Shown piece after piece: positions 35,831 through 48,389 of a stretch of DNA of 64,000 nt. The stretch's first letter is position 1. Each line of letters starts with the position of its first letter. The position numbers were made by a program, and so were the translations under genes. Location: the NCBI GenBank assembly GCA_035193785.1, contig CP136572.1, positions 2,932,578 to 2,996,577 of the forward strand, given 5' to 3'. Source of the stretch: Planktothrix sp. GU0601_MAG3 (GTDB taxonomy: Bacteria > Cyanobacteriota > Cyanobacteriia > Cyanobacteriales > Microcoleaceae). The notes beneath the pieces are model-generated. The model did no database searches, was not told where the DNA came from, and worked only from the letters and a program-made list of their open reading frames with translations.

Positions 35831-36265
35831 ATGAAAAAGCGTTTTCCAGAGTGCGAAACCATTTTGTCTGATAAACGAATAACTCGTAAAGAAAATCAGA
35901 GTCAAATTATTATTGAAAATCCGAATCAATTTAAAGTTTGTGTAGTTCAGGTCGATGGATGTACAATTAAAGAAGGTTTACGTTGTGATTATTTGGTTAT
36001 TCCTGATCAACAGGATATCAAAAAAATTATAGAAATTTATATTGAGCTTAAAGGGTCTGAAATTTTGCACGCCATTAAACAACTCGAAGCAACCATTCAA
36101 GAGCTTTCTGATCATCCAGCTAAACAAGAAAAGGTTTGTATTATTATATCAACTCGATGCCCTCTCACAACAACTGAAATTCAAAAGTTTAAGCTCAAGT
36201 TCAAAAAGACATATAATGCTAAACTAGAAGTCAAGAATATGACTTATACTTATTGTTTAAGCTAA
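35831..36265 (+). CDS. Small basic protein with PD-(D/E)xK-like motif, partner of the ATPase
   Basis: [32 protein letters not shown]; starts 7 bp after the ATPase stop. Confidence 0.65.
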   Translation: MKKRFPECETILSDKRITRKENQSQIIIENPNQFKVCVVQVDGCTIKEGLRCDYLVIPDQQDIKKIIEIYIELKGSEILHAIKQLEATIQELSDHPAKQEKVCIIISTRCPLTTTEIQKFKLKFKKTYNAKLEVKNMTYTYCLS

Positions 36266-36291
36266 TATCATTAATTATAGGAATAATTACA

Positions 36292-37204
36292 TTGTCTGAA
36301 ATCGAAGTAGTGGAAGAAAACAATCAAACCGCCTTTCTCCATATTCCCGTATTGAGTCGGGAATTAATTGCGGGGTTAGAAATTCGTGCGGGGGGGGAAT
36401 ATCTGGATGCAACCGTTGGCGGTGGCGGACATAGTTTGTTATTATTGCAAGCTGGGGAGAATATCCAGTTAACAGTAATTGATCAGGATAAAGAAGCGAT
36501 CGCCGCCGCCCGGGTTAAATTTGAACAAGCAGATCCTTCTATACTGGAAAGAGTACAGTTTTGGCAAGGAAATTTTACTCAATATAATCCAAAATCCAAA
36601 CAATTTGATGGAATTATAGCGGATTTAGGGGTGAGTTCCTATCAGTTTGATCAGCCAGAAAGGGGGTTCAGTTTTCGCCATACTGCCCCCTTAGATATGC
36701 GAATGAATCAACAACAATCCTTAACGGCGGCGGAGATTATTAACCATTGGGATGAGAAGCAATTAGCGGATATTTTTTATCAGTATGGGGAAGAAAGATT
36801 ATCCCGACGTATTGCTAAACGAATTGTAGAAAAACGGCCGTTTCAAACCACAACGGATTTAGCCTATGCGATCGGCGGTTGTGTTCCTGCTAGTTATCGT
36901 CACGGACGAATTCATCCGGCTACCCGTGTTTTTCAAGCATTAAGAATTGCTGTAAATCAAGAGTTAACTTGTTTGGAAAAATTTATAGATCAAGCCCAAT
37001 ATTGGTTAAAACCTGGAGGTAGAATTGGGGTAATTAGTTTTCATAGTTTAGAAGATAGAATTGTTAAACATCGGTTAAAAGAGTCTCCTATTTTACAGGT
37101 ATTAACCAAAAAACCGATTCAACCCCAACCCGATGAAACTGAATAATAATTACCGTTCTCGTTCAGCTAAATTAAGATTAGCAGAACGAAAGATAATAGA
37201 ATAA
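36292..37204 (+). CDS. rsmH: 16S rRNA m4C1402 methyltransferase (apparent frameshift at 37135-37139)
   Basis: [57 protein letters not shown]; repaired end [10 protein letters not shown]. Confidence 0.95.
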
Positions 37205-37205
37205 C

Positions 37206-37233
37206 GTGGAGACGCGCCATGGCACGTCTCTAC
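37206..37233. repeat. GTAG-tagged REP-like palindrome, reverse orientation
   Basis: Reverse complement gtagagacgtgccatggcgcgtctccac, one mismatch to 6634-6661. Confidence 0.75.
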
Positions 37234-37379
37234 AGCCCGAAATTCGCGTTCAGGGGATTATGACTTAAGTTAACACCAATGGGGAGGACTCCGCCCCTAC
37301 CTTTTTTGTGATTTGAAGTAATTTATGCAACTTGCTATAGTTGCTATAATACCAAAATTGAGTTGATAGTATATCTCCG

Positions 37380-38201
37380 ATGCTGATGAACATTCTCAAA
37401 AAATATTCTGTATTCATTCTGTTGGTGATTGCGATTTTGATCGCCCCCGTTTGGACAATGCTAACCTCTGCCCAAACTTCCAATACTCTGAAAACTCAGG
37501 TCATTGAATATCGCCAAGGAGATGCGGTTTTAGAAGGATATTTAGCCTATGATTCTTCAAAAATGGGCAAACGTCCAGGGGTGTTAGTTGTGCATGAATG
37601 GAAAGGTTTAGATGACTATGCAAAAAAACGCACGGAACAACTAGCTAGTATGGGTTATGTCGCTTTTGCTGCGGATATTTATGGGAAAGGAATTCGACCC
37701 CAAACCGCCGAGGAAGCTAAAACCCAGGCGACTCTTTACCGCAGTAACCGGGCGTTATTAAGGGAAAGGGTAAATGCCGCTTTAACAGAACTTCGTAAAC
37801 AACCTCAAACCGATCCTGAAAAGTTGGCAGCAATTGGCTATTGTTTTGGAGGAACAACGGTTTTAGAATTGGCTAGAAGTGGTGCAGATGTGGATGGGGT
37901 GGTGAGTTTTCATGGCGGTTTAGATAGTCCTAATCCCCAGGATGGAAAACAAATTAAAAGCAAAGTTTTAGTCTTACATGGGGCGGATGATCCGTTAGTT
38001 TCCCAAGAGGATATTAAGGCATTTGAGAAGGAATTGCGAGGGGGAAATGTCGATTGGCAAATGGTAAGTTATGGTAGAACAGTTCATAGTTTTACCAATC
38101 CGAAAGCGGGGAATGATTCCTCAAAAGGAGTAGCTTATAACGCCGATGCTGATCGTCGTTCTTTTGAAGCAATGAAAGCGTTTTTTCAGGAAATTTTTTA
38201 G
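37380..38201 (+). CDS. Dienelactone hydrolase family protein with signal peptide
   Basis: VVHEWKGL; AIGYCFGG nucleophile elbow; HGADDP; HSFTNP. Confidence 0.9.
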   Translation: MLMNILKKYSVFILLVIAILIAPVWTMLTSAQTSNTLKTQVIEYRQGDAVLEGYLAYDSSKMGKRPGVLVVHEWKGLDDYAKKRTEQLASMGYVAFAADIYGKGIRPQTAEEAKTQATLYRSNRALLRERVNAALTELRKQPQTDPEKLAAIGYCFGGTTVLELARSGADVDGVVSFHGGLDSPNPQDGKQIKSKVLVLHGADDPLVSQEDIKAFEKELRGGNVDWQMVSYGRTVHSFTNPKAGNDSSKGVAYNADADRRSFEAMKAFFQEIF

Positions 38202-38232
38202 GGGATGAAAGTGTGATCGCTTTTTTGAAAAA

Positions 38233-38256
38233 CCTGTCCTGAGCTCTGTCGAAGGG
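38233..38256. repeat. CCCTTCGAC..GCTCAGGACAGG dispersed repeat, reverse orientation
   Basis: Reverse complement matches the units at 61441-61496. Confidence 0.7.
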
Positions 38257-38275
38257 GGCGATCACCTTAATTCCA

Positions 38276-40424
38276 TTAATTAAAGTTAATTGGGACGGGG
38301 CGGGAAATTCCGTAACCCTGAGCATAATCGACTCCAATTTCGCGCAATTTTTCTAAGATCATTTCGTCTTCGACAAACTCAGCCACCGTTTCCAGATTCA
38401 TCGCATGGGCAATATGATTAAAACTTTCAACAATCGCTTGAGAAATTAAATTATGACTAATATTTTTAACAAAAACACCATCAATTTTTAGATAATCAAT
38501 GGGTAAATTCATTAAATAAGCAAAGGAACTTAACCCACTACCAAAATCATCTAAAGCAAAGTGACAGCCAATTTCTTTGAGTGCGCCCATGAAATATTTA
38601 GCTTGGTCAAAGTTTTTGATCGCCGCGGTTTCAGTAATTTCAAAACATAAGGTATGCGGGGGAATTTGGTAGCGAGGAAATTGTTCAATTAAAAACCTCA
38701 TAAACTGATTATTACAAATACTAGCACCAGAAAGATTAATCGTATATAAGCCTTTATTCAGAAGTTCTTGCCTACATAAATTGTGATAATTCGAGAAAAA
38801 AGTTTCGATTACCCAGCAATCGATCTCGGTGATCAAGCCATAACGCTCGGCGGCGGGAATAAACTCATTAGGCGAGACTAATTCGTCATGATCACCTAAC
38901 ATTCTGACCAAAATTTCATAATGCTCTACTAAGGGTTTAGAACTAATAGAGACAATCTTTTGATAGTAGAGACAAAAACGATTAGTTTCCAGCGCTCGGC
39001 TGATTTTTGCAATTAACTGTCTCTCCCCCCGCTGTTTAATTAGTTCGTGATCATCTTGACGATAAATATGAACGCAGTTGCGCCCGTTTGCCTTAGCCGC
39101 ATAACAAGCTGCATCGGCTGCTCCTAAAACCTCCATCAAATCTAGGCTGGTTTGGTCAATGGCAACCACTCCAATACTGACCCCGATGATAAAGGTTTTG
39201 CCACCCCAGATAAACCGAAACTGACGTACTAGGTCTTTGAGAGTTTCTGCAATATCCGCCGCTTTGGAGAGGGGACATTGAGTTAGCAAAAGACCAAATT
39301 CATCGCCGCCCAAACGGGCCAGGTGATCACTGGCGCGAAACCCCCTGTTGTAAAAGTGCCGTAATTTGACGCAGTAGCTCATCCCCGGCAAGATGACCGA
39401 CGGTATCGTTAACAACTTTAAACTGATCTAAATCTAAATAACAGAGAACGTGCTGCTGATTGCTATTGTGGGTAGAAGCGATCGCATCTATTAAGTGTCG
39501 CTCAAATCCTCGACGGTTAATTAGCCCCGTCAGGGCATCATGACTGGCTTCCCAAGAGAGTTGGCGGGTGAGATGCCGGGATTCGGTCACATCATGAAAG
39601 ACGATGACGGCGCCGATAACTTGCCCCTGATGATTGCAAATCGGGGCGGCTGAGTCCTCAATCGCATACTCCGTCCCATCCCGAGCAATCAGAATTGCAT
39701 GGTTAGCTATACCCATTATTGTCCCTTCTGACAGAGCTTTGATAATCGGATTATCTGCGGGTTTTCGGGTAACTTCATGAATAATTACTAAAACCTCAGA
39801 CAAAGGGATTCCTTTGGCCTGTTCTGCCTTCCAGCCCGTGAGTTTCTCGGCAACGGGATTAAAATATCTAATATTCCCTTGGGCATCGGTGGTAATCACC
39901 CCATCACCAATGGATCGTAAGGTCACCTGAGCTAATTCTTTTTCGGCAAAGAGGATATCTTTTAGGCGTTGATGTTCTTCTATCTCTTTGATCAGGTGCA
40001 AATTCTGTTCTTGTAGTCTTTTTTGCAGTCGTTGAATAGTTAGGTGAGTTTCGACCCGGGCTAATACTTCTTCGACTTGAAAGGGTTTAGAAATATAATC
40101 CACCCCACCGGCCGCTAGTCCTTGAACTTTATTAAAAGTTTCATTCAGGGCACTTAAAAAAATCACGGGAATATTTGCGGTGCGCTCATCGGATTTTAAT
40201 TTTCTGCACACTTCGTAGCCATCAAGGTCGGGTAATTTAATGTCGAGTAAAATTAATTCTGTCGATGGAGATTGGGCGGCTCTGATTGCCATGGCTCCGG
40301 TCGTGGCACTGCGAACTTTATACCCTTCTTCACTCAAGGTATCCCTAAGCAAACGCAGGTTATCTGGTAAATCATCAACGATTAAAATGTCCCCTTGATA
40401 GCTGGTGACCGGATCGCTAATCAT
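38276..40424 (-). CDS. REC-PAS-GGDEF-EAL c-di-GMP signalling protein (apparent frameshift at 39337-39341)
   Basis: ILIVDD..LILLDIKLPDLDGY; PAS; HDALTGLINR; RLGGDEFG; YEILVRM; ALDDFGSGLSS. Confidence 0.92.
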
Positions 40425-40716
40425 ATTATATCTTTTGATTTTATAAAATTTAAGTACAGTATAGCAAGATTCTATCGAAGATAGAAAAAGTCTTAATGGG
40501 TTTTTCTCTATGACTATGGCAATTTTATTTGATAGGTGTTAAAGATTTCTGATTAGGTAAGTATTTATAATTACCTTCTACACAGCAATAAATTTGTTGT
40601 TTGGCTACTGAAAAATAGAGGGCGATCGCCCAACAACATGGTACTATTTGTTAGTGATGATTGAGCAGGGAATTTCAGATAGTTAGAATTTCCCAAATAT
40701 AGCAAGCAAATTTGTT

Positions 40717-43700
40717 ATGAAAAATCGGATTTCCCAAATCGCCGGACTGCTAGTTATTTTAATCGCGATCATTGTACTCCTCGGTTGGCAATTTAACTTA
40801 TCCCTGCTCAAAAGTGGTTTTCCGGGGATATCCGCAACCATGAAAGTGAATGCAGCACTGTGCTTTATATTTGCGGGAGTCTCTTTGATTCTGTCGTCGC
40901 ACCCACGAAACTACCCGACTACATTATCGAGTCTCTCAACTGTTAGCCGGAGCGATCATTATTATCGGTTTACTAACCCTGAGTGAGTATTTATTCGGCT
41001 GGGATTTCAAGATTAATCAGTTACTATTTCCAGATGTTGTGTCCTTAAAGACTCCCTACCCCGGACGCATGGGAGTCAATACGGCCTTAAATTTTGTCCT
41101 GATGGGAGTAGCCCTATTCCTACTGGGGCGCAACCGTCCCTGGAATATTGGGTTGGCTCAGATTTGTAGTAGTGTTGCGGCTTTAATTTCTTTGTTAGCG
41201 TTATTAGGACACCTATTCCATGTCGATATTTCTGAACAATTGATCATCCTGACAACAAGTCAAGCCATCAACTCAATCCTAGCCTTTTTCATCCTCCATA
41301 TCGGAATTTTGTGGCTCCGACCGCAGGAGGGATTTATGCAGGTCTTAACCAGTCCCCTAATGGGTGGTGTCATGCTGCGGCGGTTACTACCCTGGGCGAT
41401 TATCTTTCCCATCGCCCTAAACCTATTCACGTTTCAAAGCCAACAATTAGGCTGGTATAAAGCTGAATTTGGCTATGGTTTAAGGTCAATTATTCTAGTT
41501 TTTACCTTCTCAATTCTTCTCTGGATTACGGCTCGATTTCTGAACAAAATTCATAGCCAACGCCAACAAGTCGAAGCCGAACTTAAACAACTTAACGAAA
41601 CCTTAGAAAGTCTTGTAAATGAACGAACAGAATCTTTACAAAAATCCCGAGCTCGTTTTTCCGGAATTTTAGAAATTGCCGATGATGCGATTATTTCAGT
41701 GGATAGCAATCAAAATATTAGCCTATTTAATCAAGGGGCGGAAAAGATTTTTGGCTACAAACTCGAGGAAATTTTGGGGCAACCTTTGAATTTATTACTC
41801 CCAGAACAGTTTAGAAATAACCACAATCGGCATATCCAAAAATTTGCCCGGTCTTCGGGAAAAGCCAGAAAAATGGGAGAACGAGGTGAAATTTGGGGTT
41901 GCCGTCGGGATGGGACGCAGTTTTTGGCTGAAGCTTCAATTTCTCGGCTGGAACTAGGAGATGAAAAAATATTTACGGTGATTTTACGCGATATTAGCGA
42001 TCGCAAACAGATTGAGACCGCTTTACGCAATAGTGAAGAACAGTTTCGCCATGCGTTTCAAGATGCCTCAATTGGGATGGCAATTCTTTCGATGGATGGG
42101 CATTGGCTGCAAGTCAATGCTGCCCTGTGTCAAATTATTGGCTACTCTCCCGAGGAATTGCTAACACTCACATTTGAAGACATTACCTATCCTGAAGACT
42201 TGGAAGTGGATATTAACAATAGATATCAACTATTAGCAGGAACCATATCAACTTACCAACGGGAAAAACGTTATATCCATAAGCAAGGACATATTGTTTG
42301 GATTCTGCTGAATGGCTCCGTCGTCCAAGATGAGCAGGGAAATCCCCTACATATTATTGCTCAAATCCAAGATATTACGGCCCGAAAAGAAGCTCAAAAA
42401 ACCCTAGAACTGCAAAGTATTATTATGAATAATATGGCGGGGGGAGTCTGTTTAGTTAAAGCCTCGGATCTAATGATTGTTTACACCAATCCTAAATTTG
42501 ATGCGATGTTTGGCTATGCAGAGGGCGAACTTGTCGGTCAACCGGTGGGTGTGATCAATTATGTTGATACCCGGGTGACGCCCGATGCCACCGTTGAAGA
42601 TATCACCACCCAACTTGAACGGGACGGGGAAGCCAAATATGAGGTCTACAATCGGAAAAAAGATGGCACACTCTTTTGGTGCCGAGTTCACACCTCCAGG
42701 TTTGAGCATCCTGAGTATGGGACTGTATATGTTGCTGTTCAGCAGAATATCACAGAGTTAAGACTGGCGGAACAAGCCCTGCAAGCCACCACTAATCGCC
42801 TCAACTTTCTGCTCAACTACAGCCCCGTTGTGATTTTTAGCAGTAGACCCCATGGTGACTATGGTGCAACATTTGTTAGCGAAAATATCAAGGATTTATT
42901 GGGCTACGAACCCAAAGCGTTTTTAGAAGATTCTGAATTTTGGATGAATCATATACATCCAGATGATGCAGATCAAGTGCTTAATGGACTAGCAAATCTA
43001 TTCACCAATGGTTTTCATTTTCAAGAATTCCGTTTTCTGCACGAAGATGGGAATTATCGTTGGGTACTCGAACAAGTCAAACTGATTCGAGATCATGCTG
43101 AGAAACCAGTAGAAATTTTGGGATATTTAATTGATATTAGCGATCGCAAACAATCTGAATTAGAACTTCAACAGGCAAAAGAAGCAGCAGAAGCAGCCAA
43201 CCAATCTAAGAGTATTTTTCTTGCTAATATGAGTCACGAACTCCGCACCCCCCTCAACTCAATTTTAGGATTCACGCAATTAATGAGCTATGAAAGCGCT
43301 TTGACTCCTTCCGTTCAAGAACGTTTACAAATTGTCAATCGGAGTGGTAAACATTTGTTAGATTTGATTAACGATATTTTGGATTTATCCAAAATTGAAA
43401 GCGGGAGGATGACCCTAAATCTTTCTGACTTTGACTTAACAAATTTACTAACTTCTATTGAAGAAATGTTTCAAGTTAAAGTTCAATCTAAGGAATTACA
43501 GCTAATTTTTGACCTAGATCCCGATCTTCCCAAATTTGTGCATACCGATGAGAAAAAACTCTATCAAGTCCTCGTCAATCTACTAAGTAATGCGATTAAG
43601 TTTACGAAGCAAGGAATTGTCACCCTGCGGGTAAGATCCGAACAAAAAGAAACAAACTTCTGTCGTATAAGTTTTGCAGTCGAGGATACAGGCGTGGGAA

Positions 43701-44605
43701 TTGCATCAACAGAAATTGATAGCTTATTTAAGGTTTTTGTCCAGGCCCAAGCTGGGAATAATTTAAGTCAAGGTACGGGTCTTGGTTTAGCAATTAGTCA
43801 AAAACTCATCCAACTTATGGGCGGTCAAATTCAAGTTAAAAGCAGTTTGAACCGAGGGAGCACTTTTTTCTTTGATATTGGTGTACAGTTACCTCAAGCA
43901 AAGTTCTTACCCTCAGAATTAATTATTGATCAAAGAGTAATTGGTTTAGCTCCCGGACAACCAACTTACCGCATTCTTGTTGTCGAAGATTTAGAAGAAA
44001 ATCGCCGCTTGTTGGTCGAGATCCTAACCTCAATTGGTTTTCAGGTAAGGGAAGCAACCCATGGTTTGGAGGCAGTTTCGCTGTGGGAAAGTTGGTCACC
44101 ACAATTTATTTTTATGGATCTGCGAATGCCGATCATAGATGGATATACTGCGACAAAACGCATTAGAGAAAACCCTAAGAGCCAAGAAACTATAATTATT
44201 GCTTTAACTGCTAGTGTTTTTGAAGAAGATCGAGAGAAAGTTATTCTGACTGGCTGTAATGATTTTCTTCGCAAGCCCTTTCAGCAGAGAGAAATTTTTG
44301 ACGCACTCGCTAAATATTTGGGAGTGCAATATATTTATGCAGATGGAGGACAAGCCCCCAAAAAACCATTGGTTGAAAAGCTTTCTGTCGAAGATCTATC
44401 TATGATGTCTCCTCAGTGGTTAGAACAAATGTATCAAGCCGCTTACTATCTCGATACTGAAGTAATGAACGAATTAATCTCACAAATTCCCGAATCTAAA
44501 GCAGGTTTATCTAGGACACTAACTGATTATATCAATAACTTTAATTCTGACCGAATTATGGAGTTAATTCAACCGTTGTTAGGGGAGATAATAGGGAATA
44601 GGTAA
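40717..44605 (+). CDS. Membrane multi-PAS hybrid sensor histidine kinase (apparent frameshift at 40907-40911)
   Basis: N-terminal TMs, four PAS domains, FLANMSHELRTPLN, NLLSNAIKFT, GTGLGLAIS, receiver FMDLRMPIIDG. Confidence 0.92.
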
Positions 44606-44740
44606 TTTATTTTTTTTTCTCGCCATTCATTCCCCATTTTCCTATTGATAAATTGTTCATGGGAGTCATACATTGAATCACTTTTGATTTCTCGATCTAT
44701 AATTAGAAGATTGTTCAGTATTCATTATTTCCCACTCGCC

Positions 44741-45991
44741 GTGACTACCACTCCCTTACCTTCCAACCCCCAACGCCCCGCCACACAACGCCCAGACCTG
44801 CTTGGACGCTTCGGACAATTTGGGGGAAAATATGTCCCAGAGACCCTCATGCCCGCCCTAGCTGAACTGGAAACAGCCTATAACCATTATCGTCAAGATC
44901 CCGAATTTCAAGCCGAACTACAAAGCCTGCTGAAAGACTATGTGGGAAGACCTAGCCCCCTATATTTCGCCGAACGCCTGACCCAATATTATGCTAGACC
45001 CGACGGCAGTGGCCCACAAATTTATCTCAAACGGGAAGACCTCAACCACACCGGAGCCCATAAAATTAATAACGCCCTCGCCCAAGCCCTATTAGCCAAA
45101 AAAATGGGCAAACAGCGAATTATTGCCGAAACCGGGGCGGGCCAACACGGGGTAGCCACGGCAACGGTTTGCGCCCGCTATGCCCTAGACTGCGTGATTT
45201 ATATGGGCATTCATGACATGGAACGTCAAGCCCTGAATGTTTTTAGAATGCGGTTGTTAGGGGCGGAAGTTCGCCCGGTGGTAGCGGGAACTGGAACCTT
45301 AAAAGATGCCACCTCTGAAGCTATCCGCGACTGGGTAACTAACGTTGAAACTACCCATTATATTCTGGGTTCCGTTGCTGGGCCACACCCCTACCCCATG
45401 ATTGTTCGGGATTTCCATAATGTGATTGGGGTGGAAACCCGCGCCCAATGTTCGGAGAAATGGGGGGGTTTACCAGATATTTTATTAGCCTGTGTTGGAG
45501 GTGGCTCTAACGCCATGGGGCTGTTTAATGAGTTTGTTGAGGAAACCTCAATTCGCCTAATTGGGGTTGAAGCCGCCGGGTCGGGGGTGGAAACGGGAAA
45601 ACACGCCGCCACCCTCACCCATGGCCGGGTGGGAGTCTTACACGGGGCGATGAGTTATCTTTTACAGGATGATGATGGTCAAGTGATGGAAGCCCATTCG
45701 ATTAGTGCCGGGTTAGATTATCCCGGGGTGGGGCCAGAACATAGTTATTTAAAGGATTTGGGTCGGGCGGAATATTACAGCGTCACTGACCAGCAAGCTT
45801 TGGATGCGTTTCAACGGTTATCCCGTTTAGAAGGAATTATTCCCGCCTTGGAAACAGCCCATGCGATCGCCTATTTAGAAACCCTTTGCCCGCAATTAGA
45901 AGGCAGTCCTCGGATTATTTTAAATTGTTCAGGACGGGGGGATAAGGATGTTCAAACGGTACAAAAATTCCTGAATCATCCTAATAGTTAG
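44741..45991 (+). CDS. trpB: Tryptophan synthase beta subunit
   Basis: [53 protein letters not shown] start at 44741 inferred. Confidence 0.97.
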   Translation: MTTTPLPSNPQRPATQRPDLLGRFGQFGGKYVPETLMPALAELETAYNHYRQDPEFQAELQSLLKDYVGRPSPLYFAERLTQYYARPDGSGPQIYLKREDLNHTGAHKINNALAQALLAKKMGKQRIIAETGAGQHGVATATVCARYALDCVIYMGIHDMERQALNVFRMRLLGAEVRPVVAGTGTLKDATSEAIRDWVTNVETTHYILGSVAGPHPYPMIVRDFHNVIGVETRAQCSEKWGGLPDILLACVGGGSNAMGLFNEFVEETSIRLIGVEAAGSGVETGKHAATLTHGRVGVLHGAMSYLLQDDDGQVMEAHSISAGLDYPGVGPEHSYLKDLGRAEYYSVTDQQALDAFQRLSRLEGIIPALETAHAIAYLETLCPQLEGSPRIILNCSGRGDKDVQTVQKFLNHPNS

Positions 45992-46177
45992 CTCAAGTAA
46001 ATTATTCACCGCTTAACATTTTTTCGGGTGGGTGGCAATATGTCGCCTACCCCTAGGGTTAATATCTTTGATTGCCCAATTAGTATTAGTTTTTCTAATA
46101 TATCTAGGGGTATAATTTTATTATTTAAAAGATTGTCAAGAAATCCTGATATTTTATTGAAAATTACTCGCAAATAG

Positions 46178-46207
46178 TTGACGAAATCATGGGGGTTCTG
46201 GTACTAT
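46178..46207 (+). promoter_or_regulatory. Possible sigma70-type promoter
   Basis: TTGACG-N18-TACTAT with TG extension, about 270 bp upstream of the CAP gene. Confidence 0.3.
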
Positions 46208-46474
46208 ACAAAATATACCTGTCAAGGGCTTATTGTGTCTAAGAGCAAAAATAGCGTCTGAAACCCTGATTATTTCGTGAAATATCCGGGTTTTTTGACC
46301 AAATTGCCGATCTATCTTGCACCAATTTTCGGCAAAAAACCGGAGGCCCGAGAAGGGTATCTTGACAAATAGTACATTTTGTGCATTGAGTAGAAAAAGC
46401 GATCGCCATCTCCCAAAAAGCGGGTTTTTCCCCGTAGCAACGATACCTTGTCAACAATATAAAAAAATCGAACA

Positions 46475-46990
46475 ATGTTTAAGTTACCTGTAATGGGAAT
46501 AGTCTTATTATTGGGAGGGTGTACGTTTTTATCGAAAACTAACTTAATTTCCCCATCCTTACCGGAGGTACAACCCATTTTAGCTTCCACTCCTTCTAAT
46601 ATTGAACAATTGGAATTATCGGTTTATCAGCAAGTCAATGACTATCGCCAATCTAAGAATTTACCGCCGTTAAAACTTGACCCTAATATTAGTGAACAGT
46701 CCCGAATTCATAGCTATGCAATGGCTAATGGGAAGGTTGCTTTTGGTCATGGGGGTGCGGAAGCTCGGTTTCAAAACATTCGTCAGTTTGTTCCTTGGCG
46801 AGAAATTGCGGAAAATGTGGCTTTTAATTCTGGTTATGTTGACCCGGGAAAAGAAGCAGTTAAAGGATGGATAGAAAGTCCGGGTCATCAACGGAATATG
46901 GTGGGAAATTATGATTTAACGGGAGTAGGTATTGTTAAAAATGCCAAGGGAGAGTATTATTTTACTCAGATTTTCGTGAGAAAAAGATAG
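46475..46990 (+). CDS. CAP (SCP) domain protein, probable lipoprotein
   Basis: LLGGC lipobox-like; QQVNDYRQ; AENVAFN; GWIESPGHQRNM; YYFTQIF. Confidence 0.85.
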   Translation: MFKLPVMGIVLLLGGCTFLSKTNLISPSLPEVQPILASTPSNIEQLELSVYQQVNDYRQSKNLPPLKLDPNISEQSRIHSYAMANGKVAFGHGGAEARFQNIRQFVPWREIAENVAFNSGYVDPGKEAVKGWIESPGHQRNMVGNYDLTGVGIVKNAKGEYYFTQIFVRKR

Positions 46991-46998
46991 TTAGGAAT

Positions 46999-47131
46999 GG
47001 GTAATGGGTAATGGGTAATGGGTAATGGGTAATGGGTAATGGGTAATGGGTAATGGGTAATGGGTAATGGGTAATGGGTAATGGGTAATGGGTAATTACG
47101 AATTACGAATTACGAATTACGAATGGGTAAT
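46999..47131. repeat. STRR array (GGGTAAT)x14 followed by (TACGAAT)x4
   Basis: Read directly; 46999-47096 and 47097-47124. Confidence 0.92.
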
Positions 47132-47208
47132 GGTCAGGAATTGAGTCATATTGCTGTATTATCACAAATAGGGTAAAATTGATCGAAACTATTTTTAAAT
47201 AAAATAAT

Positions 47209-47835
47209 ATGTCTAACTTTCAAGTTTGTGATGGGGATATTTCGGAAGCGTTATTATCTGAATATCTCACCGCAGAGGCTTTAGCTGTAGATACGGAAAC
47301 GATGGGGTTACTTCCTTGGCGCGATCGCCTTTGCTTAATTCAAATTTGTGATCCCAAGGGTCAAGTGACTGCGATTAGAATTGCCAAAGGTCAAAAAGAA
47401 GCTCCTAATTTAAAACAACTGTTTGAAGCTCCTAATATTCTGAAGGTATTCCATTTTGCTCGATTTGATATTGCTACAATTCGCTATCATTTAGGGATTG
47501 AAGTTAATCCGATTTTCTGTACTAAAATTGCCAGCAAGTTAGTCCGAACCTACACGGGGAAACACGGACTTAAAGAATTAGTTCAGGAATTAGAAAAAGT
47601 TGAACTGGATAAGACCTCCCAAAGTTCCGATTGGGGAAATGCAAGTAACTTATCGGACAATCAATTAAATTATGCCGCCAATGATGTTCGCTATTTACTG
47701 AATGTACAGAAAAAGCTGGTTTCTATGCTAGAGCGAGAAGACCGTTTAGAACTCGCACAACAATGTTTTTCCTGTTTACCTGTGCTTGTGACCTTGGATT
47801 TATCACAATTTAATGGTATTTTTGAACATCATTAA
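47209..47835 (+). CDS. rnd: Ribonuclease D-like 3'-5' exonuclease (DEDD)
   Basis: AVDTETMGL; RLCLIQI; KVFHFARFD; CTKIASKL; SSDWG; YAANDVRYL. Confidence 0.85.
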   Translation: MSNFQVCDGDISEALLSEYLTAEALAVDTETMGLLPWRDRLCLIQICDPKGQVTAIRIAKGQKEAPNLKQLFEAPNILKVFHFARFDIATIRYHLGIEVNPIFCTKIASKLVRTYTGKHGLKELVQELEKVELDKTSQSSDWGNASNLSDNQLNYAANDVRYLLNVQKKLVSMLEREDRLELAQQCFSCLPVLVTLDLSQFNGIFEHH

Positions 47836-47897
47836 ACTACCCATACTTCTGGTACGAGTTTGACAATGTTCGATCGGTCAACTTCTAACATCAAGCG

Positions 47898-47925
47898 GTA
47901 GGGGCGAATGGCCATTCGCCCCTAC
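47898..47925. repeat. Perfect 28-bp GTAG-tagged palindrome
   Basis: GTAGGGGCGAATGGCCATTCGCCCCTAC. Confidence 0.8.
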
Positions 47926-47973
47926 TTGATTTAAACAAACTTCCAGAGTTAAATTTTAATAATAATTTTGGTT

Positions 47974-48313
47974 GGGATATGCTCAAAAAAAATTCCCCCA
48001 ACCAAAGTTGAAGGAAACCATCAGGGTGCATCTACTTTTGTTTATTCCTTGAGGATTATTGCTAATCGGGATATTCTCAAAAAAAAATTCCCCCAACCAA
48101 AGTTGAAGGAAAACCATCAGGGTGCATCTACTCTTACTTATTCCTTGAGGATTATTGCTAATCGGGATATTCTCAAAAAAAAATTCCCCCAACCAAAGTT
48201 GAAGGAAAACCATCAGGGTGCATCTACTCTTACTTATTCCTTGGGGATTATTTCTAATCAGGATATTCTCAAAAAAAATTCCCCCAACCAAAGTTAAGGG
48301 AAAATTATCAGGA
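47974..48313 (-). repeat. About 3.5 copies of a 96-bp tandem repeat, each carrying a minus-strand intrinsic-terminator-like hairpin
   Basis: Unit anchors CTCAAAA at 47982, 48076, 48172 and 48268; minus strand TTCCTTCAAC-TTTG-GTTGGGGGAA followed by T8-9. Confidence 0.85.
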
Positions 48314-48389
48314 CACACCTATACCAGAAGTAACTGAAACCCCCGGTATGATTTTGATCTAATCGTTACGGTTGCTATCTTTTTCAGAA

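Noticed and set aside
46239..46590. Minus-strand ORFs and a possible sRNA between trpB and the CAP gene
   Set aside because: No protein motifs; the region holds only degenerate palindromes and a weak promoter match, not enough to call a gene
47974..48313. CRISPR array, or the 109/111-aa repeat-protein ORFs
   Set aside because: Units are near-identical along their whole length with no unique spacers and no cas genes nearby; the ORFs follow from the 96-bp (32-codon) period and have no recognisable features
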